A stretch of 64,000 nt of DNA, from NCBI GenBank assembly GCA_903884455.1, contig CAISEW010000041.1, forward strand, positions 17,335 to 81,334, written 5' to 3'. How positions within the stretch are numbered: the first letter of the stretch is position 1; every line of letters begins with the position of its first letter. Below are positions 56,018 to 64,000 of the stretch, piece after piece. The position numbers were made by a program, and so were the translations under genes. Below the pieces are notes generated by a model. That model ran no database searches, had not been told where the DNA came from, and worked only from the letters and a program-made list of their open reading frames with translations. This DNA is from an uncultured Chloroflexota bacterium. GTDB taxonomy: Bacteria > Chloroflexota > Dehalococcoidia > GIF9 > AB-539-J10.

Positions 56018-58408
56018 ATGTCAAAAGCAGCAAGACAGTCCCTCAAATCAGCTTCTATTAGCGTCCGGGGCATCGTTCAGGGCGTGGGCTTCAGGCCTTT
56101 TGTCTACGGACTAGCTGTTAAACACAACCTTAAGGGATGGGTTTACAACACTTCAGAGGATGTCAAGATTGAGGTAGAAGGTGCAGCAGAGGCTATTAAG
56201 AAATTTGAGCGGGAACTCGAGACAAAAGCCCCACCGCTGGCTCACATCGAGAACATAACTATCGAGTATCACCCACCCCACGGTTATAAAAATTTTGAAA
56301 TTCGACAGAGCCAGGCACAGGCAGGGAAATATCAGCTTATCTCTCCGGATGTCGCTACCTGCCAGGCTTGCCTTGGTGAGTTGCTAAATTCTGAAGACCG
56401 CCGCCACCGCTATCCCTTTACCAACTGCACCAATTGCGGCCCACGCTTTACCATAATTGAAGATATGCCCTATGACCGCCCCAAGACAACCATGCGCTAC
56501 TTCCAGATGTGCTCCCAATGCCAGGCGGAATATGATAATCCCTTGGATCGCCGCTTCCATGCTCAACCCAACGCCTGCCCGAAATGCGGTCCCCAGGTCC
56601 AGTTAGTTGATAACCGGGGCAAGCTGGTAACCAAGTCGAATCCTATTGCCGCTGCCAGTCAGCTCCTTAAAGAAGGGAAAATCGTGGCTATTAAGGGCTT
56701 AGGGGGTTTTCTCCTGGCTTGCGATGCCACGAACGATACCGCAGTTAAAACGCTGCGGCAGAGGAAGAAGCGCTCCTCCAAGCCCTTTGCCATAATGGTA
56801 ACCGATGTAGACGAAGCTAAGAGGCATTGCTATGTCTCGCCAGAGGAGGAAAATTTACTTACCTCACCTCAAAGCCCCATCGTACTCATGAAGTGGCGGG
56901 AGGACTCATCTGGGTCTCGAGAGGTAGCGCCCAATTTACAATTCTTAGGGGTTATGCTGCCGTATACCCCGCTTCACCACATACTGCTCAGGGACACGGG
57001 CCGGCCTTTAGTAATGACCAGCGGCAATCTCAGTGAAGAGCCTATCGCCAGAGACAACGATGAAGCCTTATGGAGGCTTTCCGGTATTGCCGATTACTTT
57101 CTAATCCATAATCGGGATATCTATTCCCGCTACGATGATAGCGTGGCCATAGTAGAAAGGGGCACAAGCCAGCTTATAAGGCGAGCGCGTAGCTACGCTC
57201 CCTATCCCATCCGCCTGCCGTTTAAAACCAGGCAGGTGCTTGGTTGCGGCGCCGAGGAGAAAAATACGTTCTGCCTGACCAAAGATAACTATGCCTTCCT
57301 ATCGCAGCATATCGGCGATATGGAGAACATGGAAACTCTGGAGCATTTTGACAGCACTATATCCCTGTATAAAAGGCTTTTCCATGTAGAGCCTGAAATC
57401 ATTGCCCATGACCTCCACCCTGATTATCTGGCCACCAAATATGCCCGGGAGTTAGGCGAGTCCGGTATAAAGCTTATTCCTGTGCAGCACCACCATGCCC
57501 ATATCGCCAGTTGCCTGGCTGATAATGGGCTGGAGTCCCCGGTTATCGGCGTGGCCTTCGATGGCACGGGGATGGGTGTGGATGGGAATATCTGGGGAGG
57601 GGAATTCCTGGTCGCCGACTACCGTAATTTTCGCAGAGCAGGACATCTGGAATATTTGCCTTTGCCTGGAGGAGCCGCAGCTATAAAAAGACCTTACCGC
57701 ACCGCCATCGGCTATATTCTCACTCTATTAGGGGAAAATGCCCTCAACGCTGTCATTGCGACCCTGAACGAAGTGAAGGGGAAGCAATCCCAGTTGGCTT
57801 CTATCGGGCAAATGAGCGAAGTTGAAATAGAGGTTATCAAGCGCCAGATCGAAAGAAGGATAAATTCACCACTTAGCTCGAGCATGGGACGCCTTTTTGA
57901 TGCCATATCAGCCCTGCTGGGCATAAGGGGCGAAATAGATTACGAAGGACAGGCGGCGGTGGAACTGGAGATGGCTGCCCTCTCCTCTGTCATTGCGAGG
58001 CCTGTCCCGAGCGAAGCGAGGGAACTCGACGAAGCAATCTCCGGTAATAATGAAAGTTACCCATACCACATAGTACAAGATAAGGGAATAAGAATCGTGC
58101 GCCTGAAGGACCTGCTCGCAGCCGTAATAGAAGACTTACATCAGGGTATATCAAAGGGGAGGATATCAGTCAAATTCCACAATACCGTAGCCCGGATGAT
58201 AAACGAGATGTGCCACTTGATAGCCGACGAAACAGGCATCAGCCAGGTAGCATTAAGCGGCGGCGTATTCCAGAATCGTTTGCTGTTGAGTAAAACAGTC
58301 AGCTTACTGGAAAGCAGCGGTTTCCAGGTTTTTACCCACAGGCAGGTGCCCTGTAATGACGGCGGCATCTCCCTGGGTCAAGCCGTTATTGCCAATTTCG
58401 TCGTATAA
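56018..58408 (+). CDS. hypF: [NiFe]-hydrogenase maturation carbamoyltransferase with two in-frame repeat inserts
   Basis: GIVQGVGFRPF, CTNCGPR, RRFHAQPNACP, QHHHAH, SSMGRLFD, NDGGISLGQ. Confidence 0.95.
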   Translation: MSKAARQSLKSASISVRGIVQGVGFRPFVYGLAVKHNLKGWVYNTSEDVKIEVEGAAEAIKKFERELETKAPPLAHIENITIEYHPPHGYKNFEIRQSQAQAGKYQLISPDVATCQACLGELLNSEDRRHRYPFTNCTNCGPRFTIIEDMPYDRPKTTMRYFQMCSQCQAEYDNPLDRRFHAQPNACPKCGPQVQLVDNRGKLVTKSNPIAAASQLLKEGKIVAIKGLGGFLLACDATNDTAVKTLRQRKKRSSKPFAIMVTDVDEAKRHCYVSPEEENLLTSPQSPIVLMKWREDSSGSREVAPNLQFLGVMLPYTPLHHILLRDTGRPLVMTSGNLSEEPIARDNDEALWRLSGIADYFLIHNRDIYSRYDDSVAIVERGTSQLIRRARSYAPYPIRLPFKTRQVLGCGAEEKNTFCLTKDNYAFLSQHIGDMENMETLEHFDSTISLYKRLFHVEPEIIAHDLHPDYLATKYARELGESGIKLIPVQHHHAHIASCLADNGLESPVIGVAFDGTGMGVDGNIWGGEFLVADYRNFRRAGHLEYLPLPGGAAAIKRPYRTAIGYILTLLGENALNAVIATLNEVKGKQSQLASIGQMSEVEIEVIKRQIERRINSPLSSSMGRLFDAISALLGIRGEIDYEGQAAVELEMAALSSVIARPVPSEARELDEAISGNNESYPYHIVQDKGIRIVRLKDLLAAVIEDLHQGISKGRISVKFHNTVARMINEMCHLIADETGISQVALSGGVFQNRLLLSKTVSLLESSGFQVFTHRQVPCNDGGISLGQAVIANFVV

Positions 58409-58425
58409 AGAGTTACTTCCCCATC

Positions 58426-58464
58426 TGTCATTGCGAGGCTGCCAAAGCCAGCCGAAGCAATCTC
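58426..58464. repeat. TGTCATTGCGA..GCAATC element between convergent genes
   Basis: tgtcattgcgaggctgccaaagccagccgaagcaatctc. Confidence 0.9.
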
Positions 58465-58489
58465 GTTGTGAAAAAGAGTTACCCCCCTT

Positions 58490-59554
58490 TTACGGCTGCC
58501 AGCTCAAGAAGGGATAGGTCACTCCATTGACGATATTCCAGATGTAGGCGGGGTTAGTCTGGTTCAGAGCGACTGCGGTTATGTTCCAGCTTGCCCCTGA
58601 GAAAGTGGTGATATTCTTCATTTCGGTGGTGGTCTTGCCTGTCCCGCCAGATGAAGTAGCTTGTCCGCTGGTTTGGATGTCCCAGAAGGAGGTGCTCACA
58701 GTGCCACTATTGTCTCCCACCAGACCGCCAACTGACGAATTGCCAGTCGCGCTGCCGGTGGAATAGGAGTTGCTCACAGTGCCCGCATTACCTCCCACCA
58801 GACCGCCAACCCACTGATAGCCAGTGACGTTGCCGGTGGAATAGGAGTTGTTCACAGTGCCACTACTAGCTCCCACTAGACCGCCAACACCATAATAGCC
58901 AGTGACGTTGCCGGTGGAATAGGAGTTGCTCACAGTGGCGCCGTTACCTCCCACCAGACCGCCAACATGTCCCTGGCCGGTCACGCTGCCGCTGGAATAG
59001 GAGTTGCTCACAGTGCCTCCATTCAATCCCACCAGACCGCCAACCTCAGCGCTCCCGCCATTAACGTTGCTGCTGGAATAGGAGTTGCTCACAGTACCCA
59101 CATTCACTCCCACCAGACCGCCAACACTCGAATTGCCAGTCACAGTGACGTTCACCACGCCGATATCTTCGATGCCCCCTCCCGTATTAACAATACCAAA
59201 AAGGCCGACATAATTCTCGTCAGGGCGGTTGCTAAACAGGTCACGTATCTCGTATTCTTGTCCGTCGAAAGTCCCGGTGAATGTGTTGTTCTGAGTTCCA
59301 ATTGGCTGCCAACCCTTTCCCCCATTGGCTGTTGGGCTTGCCAGCTCAGTATAACCGGCAGTAGTGGAATCGAGGTCGTTCATTAGAGTGTAATTGCCGC
59401 CCAAGTTGTTCCTGACGGCATCCAAATCATACCAGGTCCGTATTTCCAGGCTTCGGGAAGGAAAAAGAGAACAGCCTGCCATCCCGGCAATTAAGGCTAC
59501 CATAATTAAAAGGATGCTAAGTCTTTTCACGCAACAGTTTAGTTTTTCCAACAT
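58490..59554 (-). CDS. GLUG-motif (beta-helix) surface lipoprotein
   Basis: Lipobox MAGC; 22-aa repeats VGGLVG.N.GTVSNSYSTGNVTG. Confidence 0.85.
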   Translation of the reverse strand: MLEKLNCCVKRLSILLIMVALIAGMAGCSLFPSRSLEIRTWYDLDAVRNNLGGNYTLMNDLDSTTAGYTELASPTANGGKGWQPIGTQNNTFTGTFDGQEYEIRDLFSNRPDENYVGLFGIVNTGGGIEDIGVVNVTVTGNSSVGGLVGVNVGTVSNSYSSSNVNGGSAEVGGLVGLNGGTVSNSYSSGSVTGQGHVGGLVGGNGATVSNSYSTGNVTGYYGVGGLVGASSGTVNNSYSTGNVTGYQWVGGLVGGNAGTVSNSYSTGSATGNSSVGGLVGDNSGTVSTSFWDIQTSGQATSSGGTGKTTTEMKNITTFSGASWNITAVALNQTNPAYIWNIVNGVTYPFLSWQP

Positions 59555-59648
59555 CTCTAGCTTATAGTATTATTATATCACGTCCTACGCAACGTTAAGG
59601 GGTTGATTTGGCATGTGCGCCAATTGGGATATCACATCACAGGCGAGT

Positions 59649-60188
59649 CTACTTCCCTGGCCGTGTAAAGAGGAACATGAGCAGGGCAGCGATGCTTTTG
59701 GCATCGCAGATTTCGCCCGAGGCAATAAGTCGGGGTATCTCATCCGGGGAAACGCGGACCAACTCGATATCGTCAGTATCCTCAGCCACGAGACGGGCGG
59801 GCACAAGGTCGGTAGCCAAAAAACAATAGAGGTACTCCGTGCCATAGCCCGGGGTGGCATAAAAGCCCCCCAATTTGTCTATTTTCCGGGGGAAGTAACC
59901 AATTTCCTCCTGTAATTCGCGGCGCACAGAGTCAATGGGCTCTTCGCCGGGGTCAATGCCACCAGCCGGTATTTCCAGAAGAAACCTGTCCACGGCATGG
60001 CGGAACTGGCGAACCAGAAGGACATTATCTTGTTCATCAAGGGCCACTACAGCTATACAATCGCTGTGCTCCACCACCTCTCTAGTAGTCTTTGTGCCGC
60101 TAGCTTTCTCCACGGTGTCCACGCGTATATTTACCGCGCGCCCGTGATAAATCTGTTGGGTGGCTAACTTCTTTTCCGGCTTCAACAT
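59649..60188 (-). CDS. NUDIX hydrolase (ADP-ribose pyrophosphatase-like)
   Basis: LEIPAGGIDPGE...RRELQEEIG Nudix box; DAKS. Confidence 0.9.
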   Translation of the reverse strand: MLKPEKKLATQQIYHGRAVNIRVDTVEKASGTKTTREVVEHSDCIAVVALDEQDNVLLVRQFRHAVDRFLLEIPAGGIDPGEEPIDSVRRELQEEIGYFPRKIDKLGGFYATPGYGTEYLYCFLATDLVPARLVAEDTDDIELVRVSPDEIPRLIASGEICDAKSIAALLMFLFTRPGK

Positions 60189-60239
60189 ACTTTAGTTACA
60201 TCCACTTGTTCAATAGTTTAGCTTTTTCCGCAAGTTCCA

Positions 60240-60400
60240 TCTTAAAATTAGGGGTCTCTCCTTCGTAACTCCCCTTGCCCCTCTTATCTTAAGAGTGGGA
60301 ATCTCCCTAACATGGGGATTCTCTTCTTATCCCCTTTAAGATAGGAGGCTCTCACCTTCAATATCCCCCTTAAGATAAGGGGGAATAAAGGGGGTTATGA
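60240..60400. repeat. cluster of CCCCTTAAGATAAGGGG-type palindromic elements
   Basis: Several degenerate copies, e.g. ccccttaagataagggggaataaagggggttatga; related to 32291-32327. Confidence 0.6.
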
Positions 60401-60459
60401 ATGCTTCTCAACATACTCTTGCTACTTGGCTAAAATGGCATCGCTTTGCCTGTCGAGCT

Positions 60460-60924
60460 TCAAAGGTGGAGAATAAGAGCTACCTCATCGCAGTCGGGAA
60501 ACTTGGGACAGCGATAGCATTCCGCCCAGACCTTGTGGGGCAGCTCCGCTTTGTCAATTAATTGGAAGCCATGTTTTTCAAAAAAAGCCGGCTTACGAAC
60601 GAGACAAAAAACCCTGGGTATAGCTAATTCCTTAGCCTCTTCCAGACAGGCCTGGACCAGCGCAGAGCCAACCCTCTGGTTCTGTGCCTGTTCATCGACA
60701 GCCAGAGACCTGATTTCAGCTAAATCAACCCAGGTAACGTGCAATGCCGCACAAGCGATAACCCGACCTCTTTTCCTGACTACGAAGTAATCTCTAATAT
60801 CCTCATATATCTCAGATAAGGCGCGAGGCAACACCTCCCCCTTATCAGCAAAATGACTGATCAGCCGGTGCATAGAGTTAGCATCGCTCACCCTTGCCCT
60901 ATCAACCTTTATATCAGCTTTCAT
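60460..60924 (-). CDS. GNAT N-acetyltransferase (short ArgA-type amino-acid acetyltransferase)
   Basis: LPRAL..YEDIRDY, LAEIRSLAV, LPHKVWAECYRCPKFPDCDE. Confidence 0.85.
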   Translation of the reverse strand: MKADIKVDRARVSDANSMHRLISHFADKGEVLPRALSEIYEDIRDYFVVRKRGRVIACAALHVTWVDLAEIRSLAVDEQAQNQRVGSALVQACLEEAKELAIPRVFCLVRKPAFFEKHGFQLIDKAELPHKVWAECYRCPKFPDCDEVALILHL

Positions 60925-61735
60925 TTCTTCTTCCTCCCAGTTTTTGCCACAGCGAACTATAGAAATAGGTTGGCTCGTGAATTCTTAAGAAGCAAGCTAT
61001 GTGAGGGCTGAGCTTCACTCTGACATTCTGCCCATCGGATAATGGCAATTCAACCTGTCCGTCCATGCTAAGTATGACCTTTTCTCTGCGGGCAACCTTC
61101 AAATCAACTATGCTCTGCGGAGGCAGCACCAGGGCATGACTCAATCCCAGGTGGCAGGATATTGGTTGAAGGACGATTTCCCTGGATTGAGGATGAAGAA
61201 TTGGTCCGCCGGATGCCAGGGAATAGCTGGTGCTCCCGGTAGCGGTGGCTACAATTAGGCCATCAGCCCGGTAAGTGGTTATTGCTGTGCCATCAATTTC
61301 GGCTTCTATGTTAACCAGGCGAACCGCCACACTTCGTAGGACGACATCATTTAAGGCATGAAAGCTTTTGTCTTCAACTTGAGCCTCGAGCATGGCCCTT
61401 TCCTCAATCCAGCCTTTCCCCTTAAGCAAACCGGGCAAATGAGACAAGACCTCGTCGCCATCTATCTCCGTGATGAATCCCAGCCTGCCCAGGTTTATAC
61501 CTAAAATGGGCACCGACAAGGAAGCTACGATTCGAGCAACACGGAGGATAGTGCCATCTCCGCCAATACTGAGAATTAACTCCGTGCCGGCCATCTGGGA
61601 TTTAGCTTCATCCTCATCCCTGGTTGAGCATCGCCACGAAGAGACTCCCCGAGAGGATAGAAACTCTTCCAGTTTCTTAGCTAAGTCTCGGGCTTTCTCA
61701 CGTAGAGGGTGATATAGAATACCAATACGCTTCAC
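60914..61735 (-). CDS. nadK: NAD kinase
   Basis: GGDGT, GINLGRLGF, LND, DGLIVATATGSTSYSLASGG. Confidence 0.95.
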   Translation of the reverse strand: MKRIGILYHPLREKARDLAKKLEEFLSSRGVSSWRCSTRDEDEAKSQMAGTELILSIGGDGTILRVARIVASLSVPILGINLGRLGFITEIDGDEVLSHLPGLLKGKGWIEERAMLEAQVEDKSFHALNDVVLRSVAVRLVNIEAEIDGTAITTYRADGLIVATATGSTSYSLASGGPILHPQSREIVLQPISCHLGLSHALVLPPQSIVDLKVARREKVILSMDGQVELPLSDGQNVRVKLSPHIACFLRIHEPTYFYSSLWQKLGGRRNES

Positions 61736-61780
61736 AGGTGAACGAAGTGTAGCACTGGCGAATTCTGGCTGTCAAACCAT

Positions 61781-62785
61781 CTAGCAGATACGGGGGAGCA
61801 ATTCCCCGGATAGCATATCCACGATTCGGGAGGGGCCGAGCTTTGTTTTCATTATTACCTTTCCCGGGTGCTCCTTGGTTACTTCGCCGATGATGGCAGC
61901 ATCTCTGCCATAGCGATTTTTTCTCATTCGGGCAAGAATCTTATCAGCATCGGCGGGGTCGACTATGGCTACCAGCTTGCCTTCGTTGGCCACATAAATG
62001 GGGTCCAGTCCCAGGAGCTCGCAGGCAGCTTTAACCTCTTCCTTCACTGGTATCTTTGCCTCCTCTACCACAATGCCCACCTTCGATTGCCGGGCCAATT
62101 CGTTGAGCGTGGTGGCTAGCCCACCCCTGGTTGGGTCACGCATACAATGAATCCTGGAGGAGATATCCAGCATCTGAGACACTAATTTATTCAATGGAGC
62201 GCAGTCGCTTTTCAAAGTCATGGAGAACTTTAATCCTTCGCGCTGACTCATTATAGCTATACCGTGGTCACCAATGGTGCCGCTCAGCAGGACCTTATCC
62301 CCGGCTCTGGCGTTAGCTCCTGAGATATCAACTCCGGGAGAAATTATCCCTACTCCCGATGTGGTGAGAAACAACTTGTCAGCTTGTCCTCGATTTACCA
62401 CCTTGGTATCCCCAGCGATTATACTTACCTCGGCTTCTTCAACAGCTTTCTTGATTGATTGCACTATCCGCTCAAGCTCACTTAAGAGAAAGCCTTCTTC
62501 TATGATTGCCGAGAGACTCAAATATAGAGGCTTGGCTCCATTCATAGCTAAGTCGTTCACCGTGCCGCAAACGGCTAGCTTGCCGATATCACCGCCGGGG
62601 AAAAAGATGGGATTTACTACGTAGCCATCGGTAGTGAAAGCCAGTCGCCCGCTGGCTTCGAAAATAGCTGAGTCATCTAATTTATTCAATGCCGGATTAG
62701 CCAGGAAGGGCAGGAATTTTTTCTCCACCAGCTCGTGGCTCAATTTGCCACCACTGCCATGTGCTAAAAGAATGCTGTCATCCAT
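61781..62785 (-). CDS. hypE: hydrogenase maturation protein HypE
   Basis: LAHGSGG, FTTD, GTVNDL, RDPTRGG, C-terminal LPRIC. Confidence 0.97.
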   Translation of the reverse strand: MDDSILLAHGSGGKLSHELVEKKFLPFLANPALNKLDDSAIFEASGRLAFTTDGYVVNPIFFPGGDIGKLAVCGTVNDLAMNGAKPLYLSLSAIIEEGFLLSELERIVQSIKKAVEEAEVSIIAGDTKVVNRGQADKLFLTTSGVGIISPGVDISGANARAGDKVLLSGTIGDHGIAIMSQREGLKFSMTLKSDCAPLNKLVSQMLDISSRIHCMRDPTRGGLATTLNELARQSKVGIVVEEAKIPVKEEVKAACELLGLDPIYVANEGKLVAIVDPADADKILARMRKNRYGRDAAIIGEVTKEHPGKVIMKTKLGPSRIVDMLSGELLPRIC

Positions 62786-62805
62786 GAGCCTGCTCTATAT
62801 CTACC

Positions 62806-63909
62806 CTAAAAGTCTTGCAAATTTTCAGGAATCCCGTATTGATAATAGGCGGCGCAGGCGCCTTCACTGGAGACCATGCAGGGACCGACAGGGCTTTCCG
62901 GCGTGCAGGCCTTTCCAAATAGTTTGCACTCCAGCGGTGTCGCTGCGCCGCGGATTACGTCCCCGCACCGGCATCCCTTAGGCTCCCGTGGTGGTCTCAG
63001 GCTCACTGAAAAGGCCTTGTCGGCATCAAATTGCTCGTATTTTTTTCTAATTTTCAAGCCGCTTTGAGGGACAATTCCAATCCCCCGCCAGTTAGCTTCA
63101 CCAATCTTAAAAATATCCTCCATCAGTTGACGGGCTTTTCTATTTCCCTCGGGCTTTACTCCCCGGGGGTAAGCTATCTCCACTTTGGGCTCGCCCTTTT
63201 CAATTTGTTCCACCAGCTTATCTATGCATAACAAGATATCCAGTGGTTCAAATCCCGAGATGACACAGGCCACTCCATAATCCCTGGGGATGAATTCATA
63301 GGGATGAGAACCAATTATAACACTGACATGTCCGGGACAAACGATGCCGTCCAGCTTTACTTCGCCTGAGTCGAGCAGCGCTTTCATCACCGGCGGGGTC
63401 AGCTTATTAAGGGATAGAACGTAGAAGTTTTCTATTTTCTCCTGTTGTGCCTTAAGTATAGAAGCAGCTATAGTGGGCGCAGTGGTCTCAAAGCCGATGC
63501 CGATGAAGATGACTGATTTCACCGGGTTGGCTTTGGCTATCTCTACAGCGTCTGTAGTGGAATATACTATTCGGACATCTGCTCCCTCAGCTTTTGCCTT
63601 TTGCAGGCTCGAGTAGCTGCCGGGAACTCTTATCATGTCCCCAAAAGTAGTGATGATAACGTCGGGCAGGTGTGCCAGGGCGATGGCCTTGTCCAGGTCA
63701 GCAGTGGCTGTAACACAGACAGGGCAGCCCGGCCCTGATTTCATTTCCACCGTTTTGGGAACTAACTGGCGAATTCCATATCGCAATATGGCATGCGTGT
63801 GCCCACCGCAAAATTCCATTACTCTTATCGTTTTGGTGGAGCGCTGAGCAATTTTGCGTGCCAGTCCCCTGGCTAGCTTGCTGTCTTGATACTCGTCAAT
63901 GAACTTCAC
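62806..63909 (-). CDS. hypD: hydrogenase maturation protein HypD
   Basis: MEFCGGHT, GPGCPVC, GFETT, PGHVS, GPCMVSSEGAC. Confidence 0.97.
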   Translation of the reverse strand: MKFIDEYQDSKLARGLARKIAQRSTKTIRVMEFCGGHTHAILRYGIRQLVPKTVEMKSGPGCPVCVTATADLDKAIALAHLPDVIITTFGDMIRVPGSYSSLQKAKAEGADVRIVYSTTDAVEIAKANPVKSVIFIGIGFETTAPTIAASILKAQQEKIENFYVLSLNKLTPPVMKALLDSGEVKLDGIVCPGHVSVIIGSHPYEFIPRDYGVACVISGFEPLDILLCIDKLVEQIEKGEPKVEIAYPRGVKPEGNRKARQLMEDIFKIGEANWRGIGIVPQSGLKIRKKYEQFDADKAFSVSLRPPREPKGCRCGDVIRGAATPLECKLFGKACTPESPVGPCMVSSEGACAAYYQYGIPENLQDF

Positions 63910-64000
63910 TTAGACTTGCTATCTCTTCCAGGAGCTTCAGTGTCTCCTCGGCTTCGGCTTCATCTATAACGCCTATGGCATATCCCGTATGAAGCAATAC
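63896..64000 (-). CDS. hypC: HypC chaperone, C-terminal part (runs off window edge)
   Basis: VLLHTGYAIGVIDEAEAEETLKLLEEIASLSEVH*. Confidence 0.9.
   Translation of the reverse strand, partial: VLLHTGYAIGVIDEAEAEETLKLLEEIASLSEVH

Overview
Bacterial chromosomal window, most likely Chloroflexota/Dehalococcoidia. This is inferred from the BNR-type S-layer protein, a CetZ-like tubulin and the lipoprotein style; it is not proven. The backbone is housekeeping and anaerobic metabolism: hppA, nfi, frameshifted prfB, radC, AmmeMemoRadiSam genes, rarA, pit, pilD, uvrC, xer, pcm, acd-etfBA, Crp/Fnr with a sigma70 paralogue, tRNA-Glu, hypF/E/D/C and nadK. The main candidate system is a phage-derived DNA-packaging/virion cluster with no integrase, replication, tape-measure or lysin genes, so it looks like a gene transfer agent (GTA). 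It is split into two operons: small ORF-terS-terL (16.2-18.2 kb) and regulator-portal-scaffold-capsid-adaptor-spike-fibre-hub (27.5-36.1 kb). These flank an oppositely oriented cell-envelope block (S-layer, two Ig-repeat anchors, CetZ-like tubulin). Both operons are preceded by the same 35-bp promoter motif containing a LexA-like AGAAC-N4-GTGC box. About 27 copies of a short palindromic element (TGTCATTGCGA...GCAATC) are scattered through the window, nine of them inserted in-frame inside portal, tail and HypF coding sequences. Other oddities are an nfi-derived mini-ORF coupled to hppA, paired class II Crp sites, and a low-GC Ntn-hydrolase-like islet between a tRNA remnant and tRNA-Glu.
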